From Squalus acanthias (taxonomy: Eukaryota), in NCBI GenBank assembly GCA_030390025.1, contig CM059432.1, positions 50,160,001 to 50,224,000 on the forward strand: a stretch of 64,000 nt of DNA, in the 5' to 3' direction. How positions within the stretch are numbered: the stretch's first letter is position 1; each line of letters begins with the position of its first letter. The position numbers and the translations under genes are program-made. Under the pieces are notes generated by a model. That model was not told the DNA's origin, ran no database searches, and saw only the letters and a program-made list of their open reading frames with translations. This document shows, piece after piece, positions 12,897 to 26,135 of the stretch.

Positions 12897-14119
12897 GGGC
12901 TTGAATTTGAAGTCGGCGGTGAAGCTAAGGAGTACGCCGCCGACATCGCAAGTAAATCCGCACCTGCCTTGTGCGATCCCCCCGCAAGAATTCCTTCAAA
13001 ATGCTGCAGAGTTCCGTGCAGGGTACTTCCCCACGAAGCCCAGGAGTGCACCGTTGTGCGTATGCCAAACCTGGGATCACGTGGGGCGGTGGTGCTTTTA
13101 CTTCCTGATTCTTAGCCTATAAGCTATTCATTCGGCTTTCTCCAGCTTTAATGCCACCTGTAGCTGGTGTGTCTGTGCTTAGCTTCAGCTAGCAGCTGAC
13201 TCTGATGGCAGAAATAGATCAACACCATGTCATTCATTTGATCTACACCGCTAGACAAAGTGGCTGCAATAATCATTGCCAGAGCCTGTCTCAGCACTGT
13301 GGCGCGCTGTCATTTACTAGTGTTTAATACAGCAACGCAGTCTGCAACAAAGATTTGTACACGCACTGAACAAACAGCTTCATCTCGAACTGCATTAATC
13401 ATCATGCTTCACTTTTGAACTGGGCTTGGAAACGAGTTCATGTTCTGGCTGAGAGACTGACACGAGATCATTCTGTGATGTGGTTATGTTACTGTAGATA
13501 GCGAGACAGTCACTGTCCTTGGTGGCATATATTCTACGAAATATCTAGGTCAATTTCCTCAGTAATTATAACACTAAACATACCATCTGGTGACACATGT
13601 TCAGGACATCTAAAAATAAAAATGCTTCCGTTCTCATGATTTAAATTAAAACAAAAATGGCAATTTACAACGATTGTTCTAAATTTGCATTTGCTGATTG
13701 TAAACCATTTTTTTGCTGGATACACAGCTAACAGGGCTATGTATAATATCCAATCGATGATACCTATTAATTGTTGTGTGTTAGAATTTCATTGCCAATA
13801 AAAACCTTTCTTCGGGTCCCCTTACGCTGTGCAACAGGCTTCCTGCATCTGCTTGCACAAGACTTAAAAATTGAAAGCGTAATTACTTCAGAGTAGGTGG
13901 GCAATTAGCCCAACCTTTCGCAGCACGTTGATTTCTATCAGGAGGTGAAAGACGCAGTGAAGCCTCTGTGTATTCGTAACTTGACAGATCGCAAGTCCAG
14001 GATTTAGCACAGATGCGGAAATCCAAACTTGCGGAAATCCAAACTTGCGGTCAGTTTCAAAGGCGATATGACGGCGAATGCTGACAGTTCACCGTCATGC
14101 TGACCGCAAATTCAGGACC
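12897..14119. mobile_element. Harbinger-type non-autonomous element inserted in CR1
   Basis: Imperfect TIR GGGCTTGAATTTG / CAAATTCAGGACC; CR1 sequence is colinear on both sides. Confidence 0.7.
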
Positions 14120-14513
14120 ATCAAATTGCTGCATAAAAAAAACTCCTCATCTTACCCCTGGCATTTTTGCCAATTACCTTAAATCTGTGCCCTCTGGTTA
14201 TTGACCCTACTGCAACTGGAAACAGTTTCTCCTTATTTACTCTATCAAAACCATTCATGATTTTGAACACCTCTATCAAATCTCCTCTTAACCTTCGCTG
14301 CTCTATGGAGAACAACCCCAGCTTCTCCAGTCTATCCACATAAATGAATTCCCTCATCCCGGGTACCATTCTAGTAAATCTCTTCTGCACCCTCTTCAAA
14401 GCCTTAACATCCTTCCTAAAGTATGGTACCCAGAACTGAAACCAATATGCCAGCTGAGACCTAACCAGTGTTTTAGAAAGGTTTAGCATAACTTCCTTGT
14501 TTTAGTACTCTAT
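14120..14513 (-). mobile_element. CR1 ORF2 C-terminal fragment (continues at 15429-15470)
   Basis: ORF 14121..14489: FQFWVPYFRKDVKALKRVQKRFTRM. Confidence 0.88.
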
Positions 14514-15428
14514 GGGGGGAATTTTAACCTGAAAAGAACGGGTGGGTTAGGAGCGGGGGGGCAGTTAAAGTGTTAAAAATCACAATCCCAACTTGAACCC
14601 GCCTCCAACCCGCCCACTTCCGGTTTTAACGGAGGCGGGTGGGAGGCACGAAGGGGACGGGCAGCCAACCCGCTGCCAAGAGGCAGGACGTCAATTTAAA
14701 TATTACAATGAGGCTGGAAGCCTCTTTAACCTACATTTGGTGTTTAGCTGTAGCTGGTCAGATTTTACACACCTTGTAAAACTCGCCAGCTACAGCAAGG
14801 CAAGGACTGCTGCATCCAGGAGGCAAGTGCCTTTACACCTACCTCCTGGATCCAGGGACCCTGCCTAATCCCCCCCCCCCCCCACCCCAGGCCTCAATTC
14901 CTCCACGAGGTCTTCCCCCCCACCCCCACCTGCTCCTCTGGCCGACCCACAGCCCATCACCCGATCTTCCGCATAGCCGCCCCCATTCGCCTCCTGGCCC
15001 GCAATCGTTGGCTGACACCACCCCCTCCCCCGCCGTGCTCCTCCCAGCCTGCGATCATCGGCTGAGTACCCCCCACCCAGTGCTCCTCCCGGCCCATAAT
15101 CGGGGTGTGCCCAACGCCCTCCCCCCCCCCCCCCCCCCACCCCCGACCCGTGATCCTGGTGAGTCCGACCCCCCGCCCTTGCTGCTCCAGCTGACCTTGG
15201 CCCCCACGCGATCCCTCCCTCCTCTGTGCAGCCTAATGCCGCAGGTCTACCCGCCTGGAGCCAGCTAGCCTCTCAATCTGGTTGGCTGCAGGTGGAAAAC
15301 AGAGGCCTCACATGCAAATCAGGCCCTACTGTTAAAGTCGGCAGGGCCTGCAGGAAAACTGATCTCCCGGGTTTCCCACCCACCACCCCCCCCGCCCCCA
15401 ACCTGCCTTCCCCATTAAAATTTAGCCT
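14514..15428. mobile_element. Harbinger-type MITE with C-rich interior, inserted in CR1
   Basis: Ends GGGGGGAATTTTAA / TTAAAATTTAGCCT; flanks TAT/AAT; CR1 resumes at 15429. Confidence 0.7.
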
Positions 15429-15887
15429 AATGCCTCTATTAATAAAGCCAAGGATCCCTGCTTTTATAACAGCCATATACCTTTTAGTATATATATACAT
15501 ACCAAGAGTAAATGTGAATACAGCACTGATTCCTTGGTTATACCACTACCAACCCAAGCAATGCTCTAACTGTTTGACAGGTGCAAACCAATTACTAGAC
15601 CAATAACTATGCTGATGAATTTAACATCATATGCTGGTGATGATAAAGCAAGTAAAATGGAGTATAATCTAAAATACAAAACAAGTTAATGAATTAAATT
15701 GAAAGATTTTTTTCCCACACAATATCCACATTTCCAACCAAAGGACGGGAAACAGATACATGGATCATGATACCTAATAAAGTCAATAGCATTTCCAAAA
15801 GTCACAGGTTGTAGGAAACAGATTAATGATCTCAAAAAGATGATGTTGGTAAAATGTGGAATACAATAAGCAAATAGTCCAAAGTTA

Positions 15888-16355
15888 GGGTACAGTAGCA
15901 TAGTGGTTATGTTACTGGGCTAATAATCTAGAGGTCTGGACGAATGATCCAGAGACGTGAGTTCAAATCCTTCCACGGCAGCTGGGGAATTTAAATTCAG
16001 TTAATTAAATAAATCTGGAATAAAAAGCTGGTATCAGTAATGGTAACCACAAAACTATCGGATTGTTGTAAAAAAAAAAAAATCTGGTTCACTAATGTCC
16101 TTTAGGGAAGGAAATCTGCCATCCTTACCTGGTCTGGCCTATATGTGACTCCAGACCCACAGCAATGTGGTTGATTCTTAGCTGCCCTCTGAAATGGCCT
16201 AGCAAGCCATTCAGTTGTACCAAACTGCTACAAAGAACTCACTGTGGGAGTACCTTCACCTCATGGACTGCAGCGGTTCAAGACGGTGGCTCACCACCAC
16301 CAAGGACAATTAGGGATGGGCAATAAATGCCCACATCCCATGAACGAATTTTTTT
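15888..16355 (+). mobile_element. tRNA-derived SINE = 5' head + 3' tail of the LINE at 60890
   Basis: A box TAGCATAGTGG, B box GTTCAAATC. 15888-16237 aligns with 60890-61238; from 16240 it aligns with the LINE 3' end (63970 onward, 8436-8570, 55775-55910). Confidence 0.88.
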
Positions 16356-16436
16356 AAAGTACAGCACAGAGGCCCTAATGTGCCAGAAAAAAGTGCTTTT
16401 GATCTATATTTAATCCAAAGTCACAATTAAGACATT

Positions 16437-16495
16437 GGGGGTAATTTTCAAAAGTCACGTGGGCTTTCCAATGGGCGAAGTTGGAAATTGCCCCC
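16437..16495. mobile_element. 59-bp mini-MITE
   Basis: TIR GGGGGTAATTTTCAA / TTGGAAATTGCCCCC; ATT duplication on both sides. Confidence 0.7.
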
Positions 16496-17451
16496 ATTGT
16501 CTTTCATTGTCATCATAGATCATCTTTAGCCCATCTTAATGCAGGAAACATCGCAGAGGAGGACATTGACAAGGTACAGAAGGTATTGCCATAGGCATCA
16601 AAGTGGGAACAGCAGGCCAGAAATGATGTTTGATGCCTCCAAATACATCAAGATGATTTGCACATTTATTGTATCTCTCACCTTAGCCTCTGACCTCTTT
16701 CTAGGGCTGAATGGCCTACTCCTGCTCCTTTTTCTTATGTTCTTATGCTCTTATGTTGTCTGTTGCAAACATTTTTGTATTTCTCTATATTATAAATCAT
16801 AGTAGGCTCAGTATTCTTCTCTTGTTCCTTTTGAGCTCTTAATATACCATCCTACATATTGTCTTTCCTCCCTATATTCTCATTGTGTTGCAATTAAGAC
16901 TCATCCCATCATCTAATTCATCCCGTCATCTAATTCATCCCATCATCTAATACTTTCAAGTCTTCAATGCAAGTCTTTCTTTTTCTTTTCTTTCCCATAA
17001 TCTCAAAACTGTGAATCTCCAACCACCCTTAGGCTTTCCTTCTTCCTACAATCTTCATATCTTTAAAATCCAAGTTTAGCTTCGCGTAGTCAGTACCTGC
17101 TGACTTACTTTTTTTATTTTTTTCAACCTTGATAGAATCTTGCATTATGCTTCTTGTCCCTTCAATTTGGTTTCTCAACAAAAAAGTAAATTTAAGTGTT
17201 CTGACAGATACTTAAAAACTGTTCAATAATATTAACTTCAGTCTGCTGGAGTAAATTAGACCTTTGTTTGAGTGATAAATAGATTGTACCATGCAATTCC
17301 TCAAAATTTGCAGACTGATTAGAGCTAATTGGAAATCTCTGCCCTTAACATTCTCTACAGACCTCTTTCCTCAGATACTGGTATCTTTCATACACTTATC
17401 CTAGTGACATACCAGATCATGTTCTCATACAGCAGGATCAACTGTACACTA

Positions 17452-18910
17452 GACCCCCGATTTTACAAGGCTTCGCTGGTGCTCAGGACCTAGCAGACAT
17501 TGAGCGCGGATAGGAGGATTGGCCACACAGCTCCTCACAATCAATAACAGGGCAGACGATTTTTTTACAGCAAATAATGAGGCTTCAAAAATGACCCCAT
17601 TTGTATTCACCTGGTGGGCTGCAGGTGGAAACCGAGTACCCCTGGGCAGCCCGCCAAGCCCAGGCCACGCAATATCGAGAGGTCCGTCCAGAAGAAGGTA
17701 AGCCCACGGTCGGGTGTCCGATCTCAAGATGGGGAGGGACCAGGACTGGCAGCAGCCCAGCACTGCTGCTCCTCCCCGCCCAACAAAATTAAACACAAAC
17801 GTACCTGTCAGCTGCTCTCCGGTTGCATTGCCGGCTGATACAGGGCGGAACATGGTCAGCACATAATCCATCCAGTGCTGTCCCAAAGTTACAAACTGGG
17901 TCCTATGTACATCAGAGGACTCCACTTTGCATTTGAAATAGGCTTGCATCCTAACTCAGGGGGGCATTCCAGCCTAACAGTGGCAGGCCCGGGGGGAGAA
18001 GATTCCTACAGCCAAGCAACGGTGGGAACGGGGCACTTTCATTCCCCCCATTTTTGGGCACTACTGTCCCACTTCTGGCAGAAGGGAAGTCTCAAAGTCA
18101 ACCCCATTGTTTTGACATATAATGGATACCAATGGAGATTAATATCAGGCAGGGTGTAAAACCAGCATTCCACCCAATCTCGCCAGTTGCCCAACTGGCG
18201 GGTTACGTTAAAAGTCCCCCCCTATTGAATTGAACATTTTCCCTAATTATAATTCTGATGTGCATGATGTGGTTGGAGAGTTGATTTCAACCCTACCCAC
18301 CCTGTCCAAACTGGATGGGTGAGCAGTTAACATCAACCAGGTGATTTACCCGTTGACGTCCTGCTTGGATTCCTGCATCTTCAATTTTAACCTGCTCTTC
18401 TGAGCAAGGTGACAAAGGCACCTGCCTAAAGCTGGCAGAGCCCTTCTTTAAATATGCAGATCAGGGTGTTATGAGGTCATCGGGCTCTGCCCGCAATTTT
18501 AACACCGACCTGAGGGGGCAGGCCGCTGCGGTGGTCCTGCCAGGTAAAGTACGAAGAGGAGTGGAAGCAGAAGAGACCATTCAAGGTAAGTTGTTCACTT
18601 TCCTTTGAGTGATCCTCTGGGCCCCACAAGGAATGTTTAGGTGTCCCTCACCTTGGACTTCACTCCGCTTCCATACCATGAGACCCCTCCACCTCCGGAA
18701 CCCCAGTTGCAACAATTACCTGAATTTTCGCAGACCAGCAGCCGCTTCCCGTCCACTTCCTGGTCGTTCCAGGCAGAAAGTTTGCCAGTGGCATGTTAAT
18801 GAGGCCCAGCTGTTAAAATCAGCATGGCTTTATTCTGCCGGGGGCAGGCGAGAATCTAACTGAAACCAGGCACTTCCTGCCGGAAACCCATTGGCACTAA
18901 AAATTCTCCC
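17452..18910. mobile_element. Cluster of degenerate Harbinger-type MITEs
   Basis: GC-rich segments with termini such as AAAGTCAACCCC, TTAAAAGTCCCCCC and AAAAATTCTCCC; similar to 35038-35224 and 49827-50514. Boundaries are approximate. Confidence 0.45.
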
Positions 18911-19756
18911 ATTAACTTTTTTGCTGAAAAGCTGCTTAAATGATGTTCTCTTAAAAACAAATGAGTCTGCTCAATTAATATTCAATCATATATACTATGC
19001 CCTAAACTGTATTTTAGAGCTGGCTTTATAATGCAATGCAGTCAACTCTGATGAAAGTAGTTCAATGCCGAACCTCATGATAATTATCTAATGAAATGTT
19101 CCTGGCATGTGTCATAACAAATTGGACATGAAGATATTGCATTAATCTACTCAATATAATGTGTTGTAATTCCCAGAATAGCATCCCCATCACAGATAAT
19201 TGCAATTACTTTAAAATAGGGAATCATCAAATATTTTGGTTTAAATTAGGGATCAGTTAATTATATCCTGATTAACATTTATGGAAACTACGAAATTCTA
19301 AATTGTGGAATATTGTCATGATTGGAAAAGTTTGTCAGTGTAAAATTCTTATTCCCTTACTCTACATTTTTGTTGTTTGTCTTCTCCACTGGGGCTACAG
19401 CCTCTCCTCACCATACATGCATTACGCCCTGATCCACAAGGGTAGACAGGTATCATTAATGACTAAACAGTGTGTGAGTGGCCAGAGCTGGCTCACCCTT
19501 CCATTGTCTTTCTCACCCTATGAGGAAGCAATGATCTAATTGAATGGCAGAACAGGTTCGAGGGGCTGAATGGCCTCCTCCTGTTGCTATGTTCCTAATT
19601 TGTCTGACAGGTCAAGTGGCATTTGAACTAAAGTGGAGGATAAAAGTGATGATGCCTGAGTGCATTCTTGTTGCTAACTGGGGTCAGATAGTAGCAGATA
19701 CAAAAATCTAAGCTGATTGCATTTCCAATACAAACACAAATTCAGCAAGGGTCAAG

Positions 19757-20472
19757 GGGGGAAAAATTTGGTTGCTTCGCACCTCCCGTTAGCGCCCTCG
19801 CCCGGGCACGGCACCGCCAACGCCTCCTGCGAAATTCAGCGGAAGGTTAGCGGCGGCGCTAACTGTTAGCACCCAGCGGCGCTGCGTCGCCGGCGATGAC
19901 GTCATCGCCACGCGCAGTGCCTGGCTCGCGCCTCGGCCACGATCTTCGGTAGCGCCCCCTGACTTACCACTGGACGCTATGTCCGACGGGGTCAGGGTGG
20001 CCTACCTGCGGCCGGGGCGGCGCTATTTAAAGGCGAGGTGCCGGGTGGCCATTTTTGTTGCTGGCCGCCTGCCAGCACCTGCCTCCACTCCCGTCCCCAG
20101 CCTCCTGACCCGCCCCCGTGGAGTGCCAGCTGTGCTCCATGAGCCCGTCACTTCTCTTGAGTGCCAGGCTCTTTTGCCGGCACTCCAATCCCTGGTGGAC
20201 CAGCTGGGCCCCGGGTCGCGCTGCGCAAGGCCCCTCCCCTTTAAGGGGAGGAAGGCCTGCAATACCGTGGCACGACGTGCCGCAGAGCGTGGCGCTGCAG
20301 CATGTAGCGCCGCGATATTCCCTTGCAGCGCCTCAAGAGGGAGGCGGGGCACTTCCAGTAGCGCCCCGCTTCCCTCTTGGGGTGCTACCACTCAATTTCG
20401 GCTGCTGGAGTGCTAATTGTAGCACCCCGGTGAAGTTAGCGCTCCAAAGGGGGCACGACTCAATTTTCCCCC
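19757..20472. mobile_element. GC/CpG-rich Harbinger-type MITE
   Basis: TIR GGGGGAAAA(A)TT / AATTTTCCCCC; perfect AAG TSD; repeated AGCGCC/GGCGCT motifs. Confidence 0.8.
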
Positions 20473-20526
20473 AAGATCTTTTACATAGAAGCAGTAAAAG
20501 TAGGGGATTTCAACTACCCGAATATT

Positions 20527-21281
20527 GGCCCTGAAATTCGCCTCTCCGGCTTGCCGCGGGGGTAAGGATCGCACGCGCACTTACCTACCGCGCCTGCCGT
20601 TGTGTTTTTGGCCCACGGAAACTTCAGCTCCTGGGCCTGCTCCAAGTGCCGGCGCGCAGTGCATGCGTGTCCCAGGGGCGCAGTTAGTGCAATGCGTCCC
20701 CTTGGGATCACGTGGGCCATGGAGAGCCAATGGCAGCAGACCATCTTTCATTCATAGAAGACCTGTCAAATGTATGAATTGAAATCGGCCCCAAAAGAAC
20801 AGCTAAACTTAAAATAAATTTTTAAAAAACCATCACATTTATAAAATAACTATAGTTAAATAAATTAACCACTTTAAACAAAAATTTAAATTTTTGAAAA
20901 AATTAAAATACTTTTTAACAGTGCTAAAAATAAACTTACCTTTCTTTAAAGTATCTAAAAAAGATAAACCTGTTGAAAAAATTTTAAATTATACTTAATT
21001 AACCACTTACCTTGTTGAAAACGGCTCCTGCGCCTCCTTTTTAAATGTGCAGGTTCTTCAATACTTACCCTCCCGTAGAAACCTGAAAAAAAAACCTAAG
21101 TTTGCTGCGTGCGCGCAGCCTCTACCGCGCACGCGGTTCACCTAGGAACCGCCCCCTTCACCAGACCGGAAGTTCCGGTTTCCCGCGCATGCACAGTGCA
21201 TGCAGGAAACCGGCACTTCGGGACGCCTTACGGGTGAGTACACACTGTGTACTCACCCGGCAAGGGCCGAATTTTTGGCCC
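20527..21281. mobile_element. Harbinger-type MITE inserted in the CR1 endonuclease region
   Basis: TIR GGCCCTGAAATTCG / CGAATTTTTGGCCC; ATT TSD; removing it restores GDFNYPNINWD. Confidence 0.82.
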
Positions 21282-22969
21282 ATTAACTGGGATAGAATCA
21301 GTGTAAAAGGTATAGAGAGTGCAGAATTCTTAAAATGCATTCAGGAGAACTTTTTTAGCCAGTACTTAGCAAGCCCAATAAGAGAGAGGGCGGATCCGGA
21401 CTTGGTTTTCGGGAATGAAGCTGGGCAGGTGGAAGGGGTATCGGTGGGAGAGCATTTTGGTGGTAGTGATCATAATTCAGTTAGATTTAGCATAATTATA
21501 GAAAAGGACAAAGATAGACCAAGAGTAAAAGTTCTCAATTGGGGAAAGGCCAATTTTACTAAGCTGAGCTGTGATTTAGCAAAAGTGGACTGGAAACAGC
21601 TGCTTGAAGGTAAATCAGTGTCAGAGCAGTGGGAAGCATTCAAGAAGTAGATAGTGAGGGTTCAGAGCAAATATGTTCCCACAAAGAAAAAGGGTGGGAC
21701 TCCCAAATCTAGAACCCCCTGGATGTCAAGTGGCATACAGGGTAGGATAAGGCAAAAAAGGGAAGCTTATGTCAGATACCGAGACCTAAATACTGCAGAA
21801 AGCCTGAAGGAGTATAGAAAATGCAGTGGTGAAATTAAAAAGGAAATTAGAAAGCAAAGAGAGGGCATGAAAAAATATTGGCAAGTAAAATCAAGCAAAA
21901 CCCAATGATGTTTTATAAATACATAAAGAGCAAGAGAATAACGAAGGAAAGAGTAGGGCCTATTAGAAATCAAAAAGGTAACCTGTGTGGAGGCAGAAGA
22001 TGTGGGGATGGTTCTTAATGAATACTTTGCATCTGTCTTCACAAAAGAGAGGGACAATGCAGACATTGTAATTAAGGAGGAGGAATGTGAAATATTAGAT
22101 GAGATAAACTTAGTGAGGGGTTTAGCATTTTTGAAAGTAGATAAATCGACAGGCCCAGATGAAATGTACCCCAGGCTGTTAAGAGAAGCAAGGGAGGAAA
22201 TAGCAGAGGCTCTGACCATCATTTTCCAATCCTCTCTGGCTACAGGTGTGGTACCTGAGGACTGGAGGACAGCTAAAGTTGTACCGTTGTTTAAAAAGGC
22301 AGAAAGGGATAGATCGAGTAATTACAGGCCAGTTAGCCTAACCTCGGTGATTGGCAAATTGTTGGAAAAATTCTGAGGGACTGTATTAATTGTCATTTAG
22401 AAAGGCACAGCTTAATCAAAGACAGTCAGCATGGATTTGTTAAGGGAAGGTTGTGTTTGACTAACTTGATTGAATTTTTTGAGGAGTTAACAAGGAGGGT
22501 TAATGAGCATAGTGCATTTGATGTAGTCTACATGGATTTTAGCAAAGGTTTTGACAAGGTCTCACATGGCAGACTGGTCAGAAATGTAAAAGCCCATGGG
22601 ATCCAAGGGAAAGTTGGATCCAAAATTGGCTCAGTGGCAGAAGCAAAGGGTAATGATCGACGGTTTTTTGTTGACTGGAAGACTGTTTCCAGTGGGTTTC
22701 CGCAGAGCTCAGTACTGGGTCTCTTGCTTTTTGTGGTATATATCAATGATTTAGACTTCAATGTAGGGGGCATGATTAAGAAGTTTGCAGATGATACAAA
22801 AATTGGCCGTGTGGTTGATAGTGAGGAAGAAAGCTGCAGACTGCAGGAAGATATCAATGAACTGGTCAGGTGGGCAGATAGGTGGCAAATGGAATTCAAT
22901 CCAGAGAAGTGTAAGATAATGCATTTGGGGAGGGTTAACAAGACATGGCAGTACACAATAAATGGTACA

Positions 22970-23925
22970 GCAAGTAATTAGGAAGGCAAATGGAATGTTG
23001 GCCTTTATTGCAAGGGCATGGAGTATAAAAGTGGAGAAGTCTTACTACAACTGTACTTCTTAGCAGTCCCTCGGAACCGAGGATGACTTGCTTCCACACT
23101 AAAAATGAGTTCTCAGGTGACTGATGAGTTCCATGAGGGTCCTGATATCCCAGGTCCCTAACTTCATTTTAAAGGGTGGAAGATGCCTGTGCATGAATTC
23201 TTTTAATGTGGGGTGGCCGTTGCACACCAGCTACCACACGGGCTTGACAGAGCAAGGTCTTGGTCCAATGGCAAGGGGATCCAAGACGATTGGAAACCAG
23301 GCTGTGCTACATCGGCCTACAACTGTACAGGCCGTTGGTGAGACCACACCTGGAGTACTGTGTACAGTTTTGGTCTCCTTATTTAAGGAGGGATATACTT
23401 GCATTGGAGGCAGTTCAGAGAAAGTTCACGAGGTTAATTCCTGAGATGAAGGGGTTGTCTTATGAGGAAAGGTTGAGCAGGTTGGGCCTATACTCATTGG
23501 AGTTTAGAAGAATGAGAGGTGATCTTATTGAAACGTATAAGATTCTGAGGGGGCTTGACAGGGTAGATGCAGAGAGGATGTTTTCCCTCATGGGGGAGTC
23601 TAGAACTAGGGAGCATAGTTTCAGAATAAGGGGTCGCCCATTTAAAACAGAGATGAGGAGGAATTTCTTCTCTCAGAGGGTCGTAAATCTTTGGAATTCT
23701 CTATCCCAGAGACCTGTGGAGGCTGGGTCATTGAATATATTTAAATATTTAAGGTGAAGATAGACAGATTTTTGAACGATAAGGGAGTCAAGGGTTATGG
23801 GGAGCGGGCAGGAAAGTGGAGTTGAGGCCAAGACCAGATCAGCCATGATCTTATTGAATGGCGGAGCAGGCTCGAGGGGCCAAATGGCCTACTCCTGCTC
23901 CTATTTCTTATGTTCTTATGTTCTT
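22970..23925 (+). mobile_element. Second CR1 3' fragment nested in CR1
   Basis: LVRPHLEYCVQFWSPY; tail (ttcttatg)n; host resumes at atcctgagaagtgtagagg. Confidence 0.85.
23057..23316 (-). mobile_element. Short non-autonomous retroelement, probably RTE-derived
   Basis: 12-bp TSD CTACAACTGTAC (23045-23056 and 23317-23328); the minus-strand 3' end reads gtggaagcaagtcatcctcg..gagggactgctaagaag, resembling an RTE tail. Confidence 0.65.
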
Positions 23926-25049
23926 ATCCTGAGAAGTGTAGAGGAACAGAGGGACCTTGGAGTGCATGTTCACAGATCCCTGAAGGTAGCAGAACAGGTA
24001 GATAAGGTGGTTAAGAAGGCATACTGGATACTTTCCTTTATTAGCTGAGGCATAGAATATAAGAGCTGGGAGGTTATACTAGAACTGTATAAAACACTAG
24101 TTAGGCCACAGCTAGAGTACTGCGTACAGTTCTGGTCACCACATTACAGGAAAGATGTGATTGCACTAAAGAGGGTGCAGAGGAGATTTACGAGGATGTT
24201 GCCAGGACTGGAGAATTTTAGCTATGAGGAAAGATTGGATAGGCTGGGGTTGTTTTCTTTGGAACAAAGGAGGCTGAGGGGAGACTTAATTAAGGTGTAT
24301 AAAATTATGAGGGGCCTAGATAGTGTGGATAGGAAGGATCTATTTCCCTTAGCAGAGAGGTCAATAACCAGGGGGCATAGATTTAAAGTAATTGGTAGAA
24401 GGATTAGAGGGCAGCTAAGGAGAATTTTTTTCACCCAGAGGGTGGTGGGGGTCTGGAACTCACTGCCTGAAAGGGTGGTAGAGGCAGAAACCCTCATCAC
24501 ATTTAAAAAGTGCTTGGATATGCACTTGAAGTGCCGTAACCTACAAGGCTACAGACCAAGAGCTGGAAAGTGGGATTAGGTTGGATAGCTCTTTTTCGGC
24601 TGGCACGGACAAGATGGGCCAAGTGGGCTCCTTCTGTGCCATAAATTTCTATGATTCCAGGATTCTATAGAGTGGATAATGTTGAGCTAATCTTCAGGTG
24701 GGACAAAACAGGGCTATGATGTACACACAGGAGCCCACACTGAGAACTGTCATGTAACTAGTTATTTTTTTTAAATCTCAAACTTCAGATATTTGGAATT
24801 TCTATTTATAGAAGAGTTTATTTTCAAAGTTTTTTGGGGCTAATTTAGTTGTTCATCAAGGTGAGGAATGTTGGAATGCGCACTCCCTCACAGATCCCAA
24901 TATCTTATTTTCCAATGCCCCACCAGCCTGCCTTTAGCTTCTCTTAGAAAGCTTGCCATATAGTGTCAAATTAGGCACTATTCTTGCTAGGAACTTTGTT
25001 GAGAATACCCAAAATCATTTGACAAAGAACTCTTACAACCAGCAGAGAA

Positions 25050-25500
25050 AGTAGAAAGAAAAAAGAATGAACTTGCATTTATGTAGTAACTTTCACGACA
25101 TCCCAAAGGGCTTCACAGACAATGAACTACTTTTTTTGAAGTGTAGTCACTGTTGTAATGTAGGAAACGCAGCAGGCAATTTACACGCAGCAAGGTCCCC
25201 CAAACAACAATGACCAGATAATCTGTTTTTAGTTATGTTGGTTGAGGGATAAATATTGGCCAAGGCATCAGGGAGAACTCCCCTGCTCTTCTTCGAAATA
25301 GTGCCATATGGTCTTTCACGTCCACCTGAGAGGGCAGACAGGGTTGGTTTAGCATCTCATCCGAAAGATGGCATCTCCGACAGTACAGCACTCCTTCAGG
25401 ATTATCAGCCTACGTTTCATGCTCAAGTCTCTGGAGTGAGACTTAAACCCACCACCTCTGACTCTGAGGTGAGAGTGCTACCGACTGAGCCACATCTGAC
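25050..25500 (-). mobile_element. DeuSINE (SacSINE1/AmnSINE1-like)
   Basis: The minus strand has a tRNA-like head, Deu-domain-like ggcactatttcgaagaagagcaggggagttctcc..ccaatatttatccctcaaccaac, and an L2-type tail ataaatgcaagttc. Confidence 0.8.
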
Positions 25501-25819
25501 ACTGACATTTCCTGACGCTCATTCTATTGATCGGAACTTGACTTACATTTAGGTTTCATAGGTAACCGGTCAGTACGTTAACCCAGTGCAGCTTTCAGTC
25601 CCCTTTCATAGAGTTTGGACTGTATCTTTGACACTTCTGTCCTGCAGAGACAGACTTGTTAAAAGAGTATAAAGAGTGGCATCAGCAAACATCCACAAGT
25701 ATCTCTATAGAACTCTTTCTGCACAACTGGTTTTAACTTTTAGTGCTAATATTCACTTCAGGAAATAATAAGGATGAAGTTAGGCTGAATTCTGCACCCA
25801 ATGCCAACCACTTTGAGAT

Positions 25820-26135
25820 TACATAAGAACTTAATAACTTAAGAAATAGGAGCAGGAGTAGGCCATTTGGCCCGTCAAGCCTGCTCCGCCATTCAATAAG
25901 ATCATGGCTGATCTTCTACCTCATCTCCACTTTCCTGCACTATCCCCATATCCCTTGATTCCCTTAATATTCAAAAATCTATCGATCTCTGTCTTGAATA
26001 CACTCAACGACTAAGCCTTCACAGCCCTCTGGGGTAGAGAATGCCAAAGATTCACCATCCTCTGAGTGAAGAAATTTCTCCTCATCTCAGTCCTAAATGG
26101 CCAACCCCTTATTCTGAGACTGTGACCCCTGGTTC
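25820..26135 (-). mobile_element. CR1 3' end fragment
   Basis: aggagcaggagtaggccatt tail on the + strand; the reverse strand encodes RRNFFTQR. Confidence 0.8.

Larger units (their letters stand above)
20480..24670 (+). mobile_element. CR1 LINE ORF2 pseudogene (EN to 3' end) with nested insertions
   Basis: ORF pieces 21102-22981 and 24157-24579: GSDHNSV, NYRPVSLTS, YMDFSKGFDKV, KFADDTK, WNSLP; frameshifted. Confidence 0.92.
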
